A stretch of DNA of 60,155 nucleotides, counting the filler, from Sphacelaria rigidula (Eukaryota), in NCBI GenBank assembly GCA_964200075.2. It is 5 parts of 5 records of this genome, joined end to end, with 100 filler letters (N's around TTAATTAATTAA, not from the genome) between each part and the next. Parts side by side here need not be neighbours in the genome. Positions count along the whole stretch, not along the records: positions 36,159 to 48,108 come from CAXNAA020004298.1; positions 48,209 to 60,155 come from CAXNAA020004299.1; 3 more parts are not named here. One strand, written 5' to 3'. The translations under genes were made by a program, and so were the position numbers. The notes beneath the pieces were generated by a model. That model had not been told where the DNA came from. It searched no databases and was given only the letters and a program-made list of their open reading frames with translations. Below, piece after piece: positions 39,458 through 50,658 of the stretch (the stretch's first letter is position 1; each line of letters opens with the position of its first letter).

Positions 39458-42400
39458 ATGGACTTTCCCGTCGACTTCGACATCGCCACGGTTCGAGGAG
39501 TAATGCGCCCAGCTGGTGAAGCGGTGGCTTCAATGAAAGCTGTCACCTACACTATCAATTTGACACATTACTCAATCGCAACGACGTAGTCAGTGTATTG
39601 CAGTAAAATATCCCCTCTTTAAGGAAAAACCGATGAGTGCCTGAAACACTTTCAGGCCGAAATGCCCCCCCCCCCAGGCGTAAAAATGCTTTGTGCGGTA
39701 TGTCACCAACCAGACCGCCGAATTCCTCGAATGGGGTACTGTACGGTAGCTGCATGCACAGGACGTGTTCTTGAGCAAAACAAAAACAAAAGTTGCCTGT
39801 TAGGAACGCTGGAGCATCCACTCTGAATCCGATATTACGCTCTGAATCTCACGAATATGTTGTTAAAAGAAGTATCGCAGTATAGTCTCAGGGGGCTAAC
39901 ACCCAATGTGCTGCCTTTCAACATGTGTGTGGTACAAATGTGAATCCCCAGGCGGCCGCAACAACGCCATGCCGGGAGGCTCCGCGAACGCCGTTTGACC
40001 TCTTCTCGGCTGAAAAGATGAGACACAGGTGAGTATATATATATATATATATATATATATCCGGTTTCGGGAGATGGGGTCGTACGTTTCCAACTACCAA
40101 GATAAACTTTCGGGCAGGAGACGCACGACTACACCGACACACATGACCGATCCCTCGAGACCAAAACGTTGATGATCCGTCCTCCACGACCAACGAGAAG
40201 TAACCGTCTGTAGAAATGCCACACCACCCCTCCGCAGCTGGATGCGAACATGAGGTGCCTGTCACAACACTGGTCCAGTCCGAAGCGATATCCGGCGATA
40301 AGGGAGCGGTGTTTGAGCCAGTTCTTGCACGACAAAGCCACGTTAAGTACCGCTACAAGCAGCGTAGTTTCAGTCGAACTCTTTTGATATCAGTGCAAGC
40401 ACTCACACCACATGACAATGATTCCATCCACATGCAAGTCTATCACAAGCGTGTGGAGTTGTGAAACACAGGCCGTGGACGCCCTTTTTTGTTGTTGTCA
40501 AGCCCCCTCCCCTCCTGTCGTAGGATCACTCAGTACTAAAATTTACACTCCTCATGTGGTCTATGCACCCACGTCACTGCCGAGGCCTTCGGCAATATCA
40601 GACGTGGCCACTTGAAATGGCATGACACACCGAAGTGTAACTCACAGGCTGCTCTCCCCAGCTATGTTACTTGAGGACCTACGTGAAGCTATTGAAAACC
40701 AGTGGACCACCTTGTCGGACGAAGAGAAGAAGCCGTACCGCGACAGGGCAAATGAGGAGCTCTCGCGGTGCGAAGTCGGTAACGCTGCTTTTACCTTGAC
40801 CCAGGTATGATCGACCATACCCTCTATCGTATGTGTCCAACAACCACACCAATACGACTATGCCCACACAACAATAGATACACCGCATTGTAAGACTTGA
40901 TAAGTCGGCCGGCCACCCTGTAATACTTGGGAGGACCGCATGATGTTCGGATCGCATCGTAATTCAAAACACCCCAGGATCGACGTTTTTCGAGACCAAT
41001 CGGGCCAGTCCGTGCAGGGACCGCGCCCCTGACCCAAACCCCGACACTAACCCTAACCTTAACCCTGACCCTAGGCGTGTTCAAAATCCGACGTGGTCCA
41101 AAACGCACGCGGTCCTCTCACGCATGGCACACTCTACCTTTCCGGGATATCTTACACCGGGTCCCTGCGCCGACTTGTATATAGCGATGAGCATTCATAT
41201 ACGACTATTTTGCGTACTGTCCTCGGTGGCCCTCTTTGTCCGTCCACGACCCATATTGCGTTTCGACACCGTGCGCCACAGCTGCAGCACTAAAAAGGAG
41301 AGAAAGGGGCAGGTCGCTGCACGATTCAATATGCCGTGCAGTTCACACAGTAGGGACGGAACACAGCAGCGAGAAGAGGGACTATTTGCGTTCGTTCAGC
41401 AGTAAACCACATGCGTTTGTCCACAGAGGAGGAATGGTGTTGTCAACAATGTCGTGATGGATGTGTTGACATCCATCCTTTGTCGCTGTTTTCCTGTCCG
41501 GAGTGGATCAATTGCTACACAGATGCTATCGCCTTCACCCCGCACGGGCCCGCCAGCCCTTTTGCCATCAAGGAGCGGCGGGAATGTTAGGAGGTGCCTG
41601 GACATTGACGGTGAAGTGGGGATGGATAGTCAGGTAACGCTCTTCATCTCGAGTTTGCGCCTAGCGTTGATTGTTGGCATCCACACGTACGTAACTCGTT
41701 CATATTAGAATCATTATCATAAGGAGCCCTGACTAGTGCCCCGATTCGCCACTCACGTAGATCTCACATGTGTCCTCAACTCTCATGAGTATAAAGTCTC
41801 GCAGTCATGATCGTTTGGGTCAAAAGATGTAAATCAGTTGTTGACCCAAATCGTTGCAAACCAAGGGCCTCACGTTGCACTTACGCACACCCCTCTTCTC
41901 CGCTTGGGTGTAAGAGTCGCACTATTACACACCCATTTTCTTCGATACGGTGTAAAATGCAGTGCGAGTTAGAAGTCCGTACAAATTCGTAGAACGAACA
42001 CGAGAGCGGCTCTTGCACTGCACCGACCTTACGGTAGTGGTGGGAATTAGGACACCGGTGGTCCTAATATTCATCGTAGGAATTCTGACTTAGGCAGCTT
42101 ATGGGGATCCTTGCTGTATTAAGACCACATGCAGATGTTCTCCCGGCATCATAGGGGCACGTATTTTGTAATTTTCACTTGATTGCATGTGCCGACTGGA
42201 ACACTTTGTTAAGTGCGAAGGAAGGCGGTAAGTTACGCTGATTTTCATTTGTGTTACATTGAAAATCTGCTACAAATGAATCTGAGACGAAGCAAAACTA
42301 CGAGGGTCACCCCCTGGATGAAACATGCACGACTTCAACAACATCTGCGGTAGTTGTAGTCCGTATCATGCGCACAACGGCGACTTCAATTTTACTGGCT

Positions 42401-45400
42401 TGGGCCAAACAGAGAGCAACGTCGGATACCTTGAAAGCAGCAATGACGTTACTAAGTTCCGTCAACACCACTTGCCCCCTTCCCCCTCCCGCCCCCCCTC
42501 CCTCCCCCGCTCCATCTTCATCTCCCCCCATCCCTTTGCTCTTCGATCTGGGTGCGGTGCGTCGATCTGCCTTCAATTGTCTCCGTATTGGATCGTCTCT
42601 ATCTTCGCGCCATCTATCTTTCCTCTTCCCACGCTGCCTTACCGACGACTTCGGTCGGGGGCTTCGTGGCGACCCCGCTTTGTTTGTCGACCAGGTCCCA
42701 AACGGTTCGGGTTTCTTCTCTTTCGGCAACAGCAGCGACCACAACAACAACAAGAACTCCCCGTGGTCACTTAGCTTGCCGGTAGCTGGCGTGTTCAGTC
42801 CGTTCACTCCTAGGTCCCTTTTGGAAGCCCCCCTACTGGACACTCCACAATATATTGCTACTAGAGATGCCCCTGTGAATTGTAGGGTCGATGCTGGTGA
42901 CTCTACCTGCAGCGCAAGTGCAGATACTACTACGAGTGCATCATTTTCACGGGGTACGCCAATCGCGTGCGACAAAAATTACCATTGCGGTGGTGGTATT
43001 AGTTCTGCGGCGGGAAGGGGTGAGAGTGCGCCGTCGAGCTCTGTGATGGCGGCGGCACCTGCTGCACGGAGTGCGACCAGTGCGGTGAGCTCTACGTCCT
43101 CGGGTGCAGGGCATACTCAACGAAAGGTTCCGGTGAGCTTCATATATAAGGTGGGACTCATTCGCTTGCGCGTATGTACTACCCCGCAGATACTGACCAG
43201 TTTCGAGCTGTAAGTGCGCGTAGCATAGACGTTTCACGGGTCTGGCCATCTTTGGCGGAATAGGCCGAGTCCAGGCGCAAGAAGATGTGTGTACGTGTTT
43301 CCTACTTGCATCATGTGTCAAGACTTTCCACCTGGTATACTTCTAACTTCCCGTGGCCGAAGAATCTTTACCGATTTGACTGAGTTCCTAGGGACAGGAA
43401 GGTGGACTTCTTCCCCCTCCAATTCCCCCCACCCATTGGATGACGACTCCGAACTCCAACAGAAGAAGCGGCGGACAAGCAGCCACGGCAGAGGTGGCAA
43501 GAAATCATCGAAGAAGGAAGCACACAGAGAAAATGAGAGGAAAAAGGCGCGAAAAGCAGGACGAGCTGAGGTGGACAAGATGCCCAAGGGCGAAAGGTCG
43601 ACCAGCTCAGCTGATTCTGCTTGTACCTCGTCGAGACCCTACACTTTTTTCAAATGCTTTTATTCTCCCCCTTAGACAGCCAAAGCTACGTATAAACCTC
43701 CATTTGTTTCGGTTTTCTCTATGCTTGATTGAAAAACGGCGGGATGATCGCCTTAATGATCGAGACCATCACCTGTTTTCTTCTCAACACATCTCCCCTG
43801 TGGTGCGTATGTCTGCTGTAGTATCGCAATGTATAATTACCGAACACCATCACGGAATGCTTGGGTCACGGGGAAACATAGCAGCAACGCTGCAACTTGC
43901 CACCCATGCGTGTTGTGCAGGATAGTCCTAGATCTCAGGCGGCAGTACCGGGGACATAGACGCCAATTTTTCTTGGTGTAAAACCACATAGTAGTTGTGC
44001 TTGAAAGTTGCGGCGAACGATCGTGGCAAAGTCAGCACCATGAAAGAGTAAAATGAGTAAACAAAACTCGGAAAACGAGCTGATCCTGACCGACAAACCG
44101 TCGCTGAAATATCTATAGACGTCATCGTTCCATTGCTCTCTCGATTATCGAAGATTTTGTAATATTCCTCATCAACAGGCCCACGTACCCTCGGAGCTCT
44201 TACATCCTGTTCTACACTGAGAGGCTCCAGGAATACAAGGCAGCACACCCTACCAGTTCAACAGTGGTAATCAAGAGCCTTGATCACACACATATAGGCG
44301 GTAGTGTAATGCGTGGGGGGACCACGTGCCTTGTGCACCGCGTCGGAATCCCAAGAACCCACGACCCACGTGTCGAGAGGACCGCGCGGACGTCGTCAAT
44401 GCAGGGACCGCGCCCCGACCGAACCTGGGCAGCGCATTTATCGAGCCAGGGGTAGCGAAACCGGGCGAGGTGACGGGAGCGACACGACGACAATGCAATG
44501 TGCCTTTAAAGAGCGGAAAGCGAGGATTTCAAAACTATAGAATTTAGGCACCCGTCCCTGGCGCGGGAGTCACTTTCGCATGTGAATTGTGGTGGGAAAG
44601 AAGTGTATTTTAGGGAGGTGTTGGCGCCTACCACGGCGTCGTGACCGCATCGACGAACTGATGTTCGGCACTTGAGGGTACCAGATGCCCAGACGACCCG
44701 TCTGCTCGGTACTCACAGGTACCAGATGCCGAAGCAACTCTTCTGCTCCGTACTTACAGGTACGAGGTACCGAGATGATCCATCTGCGTGGTACTTGCAG
44801 GTACTGAACTGTGGTTTGCATGCAGTCCACTTTGTCATTCGAGGTAGCTTTGAGGTAAACACACAAGTCAGATCACGAACCTTACCCTTCTCCTCCGCGG
44901 AGATGACATCGTAGTGACTTGACCTGACTTGTGTGTTTACCTCGAAATTACCTCGAATGACACGGTGGACTGCATGCGAATCACATTTCAGTGCATGCAA
45001 GTACCACGCAGATGGGTTGTTTCGGTACCTCGCCCCTGTAAGTACAGAGCAGAAGAGTTGCTTTGGCATCTGGTACCCTCAAGTGCCGAGCATCAGTTCG
45101 TCGATGCGGTCACGACGCCGTGGTAGGCGCCAACACCTCCCTAAAATACACTTTTGCCGACTCTTTCCCGCCAAGAATTCACATGCGAAAGTGACTCCCG
45201 CGCCAGGGACGGGTGCCTGAATTTTATAATTTTGAAATCCTCGATTTCTTCTCTTTGAAGGCACATTGCATTGTCGTCGTGTCGCTCCCGTCACCTTGCC
45301 TGGTTTCGCTACCCCTGGCTCAATAAATGCGATGCCCACGTTCGATCGGGGCGCGGTCCCTGCATTGACGAAGTCTGCGCGGTCCTCCCGACACGTGGGT

Positions 45401-46187
45401 CGTGTGTTCTTCGAATTCCGATGCGATCCAAAAGGCACGCGGTCCTCCCACGTATTACAAAAGTATACAGAAGGAAGTTGTTACGGATTTCAGACGAATT
45501 TACGGCAAGGCGTTGCTGCTTTCGGTTTCAAGAGATTCCCAGCATTAGCAGCTGCAGTAGGAGACAACGCATTGTGAGAACTACCAAGAATTCGCTCGCG
45601 ACGGGTGGGAAGCGACTGCCTGTTGTAGATCCGAATAACGCCATCGTATTCAGTTCCGGGGTATTGCATGCTGAAGAGAACCATTAAGGTGGTAGATACT
45701 ACATATGACGACAGCGCTCAGAGTCGAGCCGGCTGTTACGATTCTCGTGCTAGCAGTGCTGAATGTGATTTCCTTGACGTTTTATACCTACCAGTAGAGG
45801 ATACATGTGGTAGACCCGCCACGTCCGGGGAAGCGCCTGGTTTTGTTGTCATAACATATCAAATTTAGGTCACTTTGTTTTCAACCGACTAGGTGGTACG
45901 CACGCGTAGAGATATGTAAAACAGTACCTGCAGTTTTGTGATGCGCTTTCAATCTCTTCTACCTCACGCATGTGTTCATCACGTGGGTTGGTGTTGTGTC
46001 GTTCATCTTGCATTGGTCGCGATCATGGCAGGAGCTTGGCCAAGCTCTTGGAGAGGTGTGGCGCAACCTCTCCGTCAGAGAGAAGGAACCCTACGCGTCC
46101 AGGGCAAAGGCCGATCGCGAACGCTACGACGATATCCTCTGTACCATAGGACGCAAGGCGCCCGCAACATCAACCGCTGGCAAGTAG
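39458..46187 (+). CDS. Two-HMG-box DNA-binding protein (~383 aa); candidate MIN/HMG-sex homologue
   Basis: Exons 39458-39490 (tentative), 39952-40028, 40648-40804, 41523-41633, 42695-43019, 43392-43596, 44179-44266 and 46032-46187 sum to 1152 nt in one frame. Box 1: PRTPFDLFSAEKMRHRLLSPAMLLEDLREAIENQWTTLSDEEKKPYRDRANEELSR. Box 2: RPTYPRSSYILFYTERLQEYKAAHPTSSTVELGQALGEVWRNLSVREKEPYASRAKADRERY, preceded by a basic NLS-like tract. The middle exon borders are less certain than the HMG exons. Confidence 0.82.
40034..40060. repeat. (TA)n microsatellite
   Basis: About 13 TA units directly after the splice donor at 40029. Confidence 0.9.
40919..41128. mobile_element. MITE containing telomere-like CCCTAA repeats
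   Basis: Ends TGTAATACTTGGGAGGACCGC and GCGGTCCTCTCACGCATGGCA. Internal CTAACCCTAACCTTAACCCTGACCCTA. The same terminus occurs at 44305, 45459 and 49084. Confidence 0.7.
44305..45459. repeat. 1.15-kb palindrome / foldback element in the last HMG-gene intron
   Basis: Arms about 44305-44876 and 44921-45459 are reverse complements (e.g. GGCACCCGTCCCTGGCGCGGGAGTCACTTTCGCATGTGAATT versus its complement at about 45176-45217), with a ~45-nt spacer. Confidence 0.93.
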
Positions 46188-47690
46188 GTTGTCGAAAACA
46201 GCAAATGCAAGAATAGGGAGAGCCGGTGATGGCGACGTCAAATGTATTTTTAGGCGTGGCCAGCCAGGTGAACGCCAGTGGAGTGGAGAACACTTGTGGA
46301 TACAGCGGTCGACGCGAGCTCTCCGGTAGTGTGAATAGAAAAGCGTTATTATTGCTGAGATCACTTGTTGCTCACTTCCCTTCTGCATCAAAACGATTAA
46401 AATTGAAGAGGAACCACCTTCAGGACGCACACGAAAAGTGCTCACGGACGACGTCGTTGCTTTGGTTGGTTGAATGGTTGGCTGCCTTCACTTCGAGTTT
46501 GAAATGTACATCAAAAGGAGCACAACAATCTAATCGTCCTCTCGTCAGCGCTGAATAGTTCTGGTTCAGGGTTTCCCCGGTGACATGTACTTGTTTGATC
46601 CGGGCTTCGCATCAACATATTGTCCTCAAGCTGAGTACTGGCCAGGAAGGGCTGATCGTGTGGACGCTATTGAGGAATAGGGAGTGCGTTTTTATCCTCT
46701 GACGCGATCGATTGAGGTTACACTTCTCACCACCGGAGCAACTGCTGTATCCAGACTGATTACCTCTCTTTCGATTGCATGCATTGTTCCATTTTCATTG
46801 GGTCTGTGGCTTTTGGTCTCGATGCCGTGCCGTCACAATGTTGTCGCCGACTTATTGAATTGGTCGGTGAAAATTGGCTGACTAGGTACATGTGGTCATA
46901 TTCAGTGTATGTTGCCTGTCCTTTGATGCGAGTTGGTTGCTCCCACTAGGACAAGGAGGGCCTGAAATTATTGCTTTGGACGTCTGCGTGGTGTATGGTA
47001 TGTCATTTTGGGTATCGTGTGCAGTAGGTGATCCCTGTATACACGTGGGTATAGTTTCACCGGGTGTTGAACCCTTTGGTAAGCAATTCCGCGGATACTC
47101 AAGAGGCTCAACGCTTCAAATGTTCTCTCCAACGAGGCGGTGGGAGAGTTCCTGGCCGCTAGTACGTACACGTTATCCGCATTTTGGAGCGTCCCTCGGT
47201 GTTTATACAATATGAGGTGGTTCTATAGTAGGATGGCGCATTTGTTTTTTGACGCTCTGCACTTACAAGCCTCTCGATGACAAATACTTGTGCCTAACGT
47301 GCAGCCTCAGAAAACGCTTGGATTAAAAAGTGCAGCCCTACCGTAGCATCACTCTATGGATGAACTAAACGACGTGCGTCCAGCTTGCACCTGGTTATAT
47401 TTGCACTCGTTTTCACCTCGTGTAAGCCGCCTGTATTCGGAGACATCCGTTTTGCTACACAGCTCATGCTCTACGCCTGCTATTCAACTTGCCGATCCCC
47501 TAGCGACGTTCCGAACTGCGGATAATCAATGCCGACGGCCACCCGTGCAGATGTTCCGTACAAAGGACAACACACACTCACACACACGTTGCACTCACAA
47601 TGCGTACATGATTAATTTGCGATCTTTTTGTCAGAGGCGTAAGCGCAGAAAATAACAGCGGATTCTATAAAATGAGGTTCATCAATGATA

Positions 47691-48034
47691 TGAGGTTCGA
47701 GCTCAAAACAGTACTTTCTCCACGCTTTCAGCGATGGTGCCCAATGACTTTCTTGTCAGCCTAATACCCCTCGATCGCGGAAATGCTTCTTCAGCGCATT
47801 TTATCGACTCTGTGAGCTTGCAGCGCTGTCCGAAACCGCCATTTCTACTTAAGTTTTTTTTGGGGGGGTGATATCAGGGAAAACAGCAGTTCCGGTCAGC
47901 GCTATAAGCTCACAGAGTCGGTAAAGTGCGCTGAAAAAGTATCTAAGCGATCGAGGGGTATCAGGCCGACAAAACATTCATTGGGCACCATCGCTGAAAG
48001 CGTGGAGAAAGTACTGTTTTGGGCTCGAACCTCA
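47691..48034. mobile_element. Tc1/mariner-type foldback MITE (TA target)
   Basis: TA|TGAGGTTCGAGCTCAAAACAGTACTTTCTCCACGCTTTCAGCGATGGTGCCCAATGA...reverse complement...CGAACCTCA|TA. Arms about 150 bp. Confidence 0.85.
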
Positions 48035-48108
48035 TATAACAGGGTTGCCAGAAAAATGAGAACGTATTTTGAAATGAGAATCAACCGCTTCCCGGGATTG
48101 TGTCCATT

Positions 48109-48208
48109 NNNNNNNNNNNNNNNNNNNNNNNNNNNNNNNNNNNNNNNNNNNNTTAATTAATTAANNNNNNNNNNNNNNNNNNNNNNNNNNNNNNNNNNNN
48201 NNNNNNNN
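48109..48208. other. Artificial contig linker
   Basis: N44-TTAATTAATTAA-N44. Confidence 0.98.
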
Positions 48209-48799
48209 GTTAGGCGCCCCTGAACCAGACAAAATTTCGCGAAAAAAGTGCACCCCTACCGTAGCATTGCTCTAAGGCATGCAACAAATGAGTACGCCCC
48301 CCTCCCAATCAGCTCCAAACTGTCATAAAAAAATGGCCGTACAGCACTTGATTGCTGGTTTCAGACTGCATGAAGCGCCTCGAATGGGCGGCATTGGTAA
48401 AACTGTCCCCAAGCTTGTGGGATGTCTCAGCTGCTCGGTGTACGCTCGGCTTTTGCCATTTTGATTCACCTGCAGAGTTGCCTTCTCGAGCCAGCCACGT
48501 ATCTGGGGTTATCGCGGCATCAGTCGTGCACAAAAGCCCAGTTGTGCCTTGCTGAGCGCCCGCTGCAGCACTATACTGTGCTCACTACTACTGTGAGGAA
48601 ATTTGTGAGTTAGATTGGAAGGGTTAGATAACCACGAGCAGCGTGTCCAGTGCAGACAGAGCAAGTCGTTGAGGCCGAGTTCAAGTGTCACCAGTGAGTG
48701 TCATCGCATCCCGTGTACCAAAAGTCCGTAGGTGCATCTCGCTGACGACACAGCCACAGTTAGAAACTTTGCTACACCCTCGGAACACCTTCCGCAGGT

Positions 48800-48955
48800 A
48801 AAGGCCCTCTGGCGACCCTCCAAAAGTCCAGAACCTCCTTCGGCGACCCTGCACACCCTTCGTAGCACCAAAGGTCCAGAACCCCCTTCGGCGACCCTCT
48901 ACATACCATCTACAAGGTCCCGGACCCCCTGTGGCGGCCCTCTACACACCCTGTA
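48800..48955. repeat. Minisatellite, ~43-48-bp degenerate units
   Basis: GTCCAGAACC(T/C)CCTTCGGCGACCCT repeated about 3 times plus a partial unit. Confidence 0.7.
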
Positions 48956-49698
48956 CTAGTTGCAGCCTTGCAGCGAGAGCTTGCAAAATGTCCAGCTGTG
49001 AGTCGACCGCAACTCCGAGGGTAAACGTGAATATGCACGTGCGCGTCAGTAAACCCTCAGTAGAGTGTCTGATCTGTCCAAGCTGTAATGCGTGGGAGGA
49101 CCGCGTGCTTAGGGGGGCGCACCTGAATTCAGACATCCCTGTGGTTAGGGTTAGGAAGCAGTGTTATGGTGTACCAGTGGGGGAGCTGAGTGTTCTTCGA
49201 TCACTAGTGTGCTCATGACTTGGTCGGAGTATGTACATGTATATATATATATATGTTCGCTGTTGGCTGGCTGCTCAGCACAGAATCCGCGGATGAGAGC
49301 GGAAACTACATGTTCATGCGGTGGAGTGCGAGTGGGTGTAGGGTCAACGAAACAACTACTCTACCGCGAATTTTCATCGCCGTCATTACCCGTCCTCCTC
49401 TACCGACGTTGAGACGTTTGTTTTCCCAGGGAACGTCAAGGGGTCGCCGACCGACAGCCGCCAAATTAGGGACAAAACAATTGTGGGCCGACAATCCGTA
49501 GCTTCGGGTGCCTGGTACGCCGAACATGCGATTGTCAGAGAGTGCAACAAGTACTGTGGTCATATCCTGTCGTGAATCAGTTTGTCACCATGACAGTAGC
49601 TCGGGCAACTGTCCACATATCGATAAAAATAAAGGCAAGCACCTCAGAAGGAAGTTAGAGAACTAAAAGAAACGAAAAAGAGTAAACTCCCGTGTTGA

Positions 49699-49780
49699 CC
49701 TTCCTATGTGACCCCGGGTGGTGCGCCCACATGCACCGAAAGGTGTAGACCGGCGTCCAGAATAGATGGGAGGACAACAC
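49699..49780 (+). mobile_element. SINE 3' fragment
   Basis: CCTTCCTATGTGACCCCGGGTGGTGCGCCCA...GGCGTCCAGAATAGATGGGAGGACAACACA is a diverged reverse complement of 59606-59695. Confidence 0.7.
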
Positions 49781-50658
49781 ATCGTACCTTTACTGCCGCG
49801 GGTGAGCAATATACATTGTGGCGGCATACAATCCCCAAGGCTGTGTGGAACAGCTGCAGCTAAATGGTTAAACCAAGAGAGATTACATCGTTAAACTGGT
49901 ATCCCCATCATCGGTTGAACAGACCATATGTCCAGGCGCCAGATCATTGGAGCCAGCAGGAGTAGGATGCAGTGGGCACATCCACAGCACGCACACGAAC
50001 ACTCGTGCACCAGACGTGAAAACGCCGATGAGGTCATCAGAATTTCACTATAATAGCACGCCCAATGTATCGGTAGCACAGATCGGAACACCTACATACC
50101 AAACATGGCGACTCTATCAAAGTTCCAAACATAATGATCCTATCAAAGTCGACAGACATGAAACATGCCTTCTGCAGCATCTCAGCATAGACCGAGGACT
50201 CATGTACCCAACCCTGCTTCGGTACGAAAAATATGCCCCCAGTGCGAAAAATGCAGCACGGGCCAGGTGGCGAGCAGGGACCAGCTACGGCCTGCGCATG
50301 ATGGCACACAACTGCCTACACTCCGCTCTGGGCCACGACCATGTTGTGTTGAGATATTCTCTGCTCGCGATATCCTTGTTCCACTTTTGGGGAGGGGGGG
50401 ATTGTGTGGCCGGATATGTTTTTGTCGGGACAACGCACGTGTCCACCCTCGCCCTCCCTCCGCCCTCGCCCTAGAACTCATCTACTGGAACATCCTCTCG
50501 CAATGCGCTCATTCGGACATGGAAACGCTAGCGCACCCTACATCTCACGAAATAAGCAAAACGCAACGGGAGAGACACGTGACATGCTCGATCCTGCCCG
50601 TCAAAGAAGATCAAAACAGAGCAGAAGAGGCGTACGAAACGAAGTCAAAGCCAATCGA

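Noticed and set aside
42307-42975. Independent 222-aa antisense gene within the HMG locus
   Set aside because: Non-ATG start, no recognisable domain, and it overlaps a well-supported plus-strand exon.
16967-46187. A sperm/sex gene cluster formed by the STPG2-like and HMG genes
   Set aside because: They are on different contigs joined only by size order.
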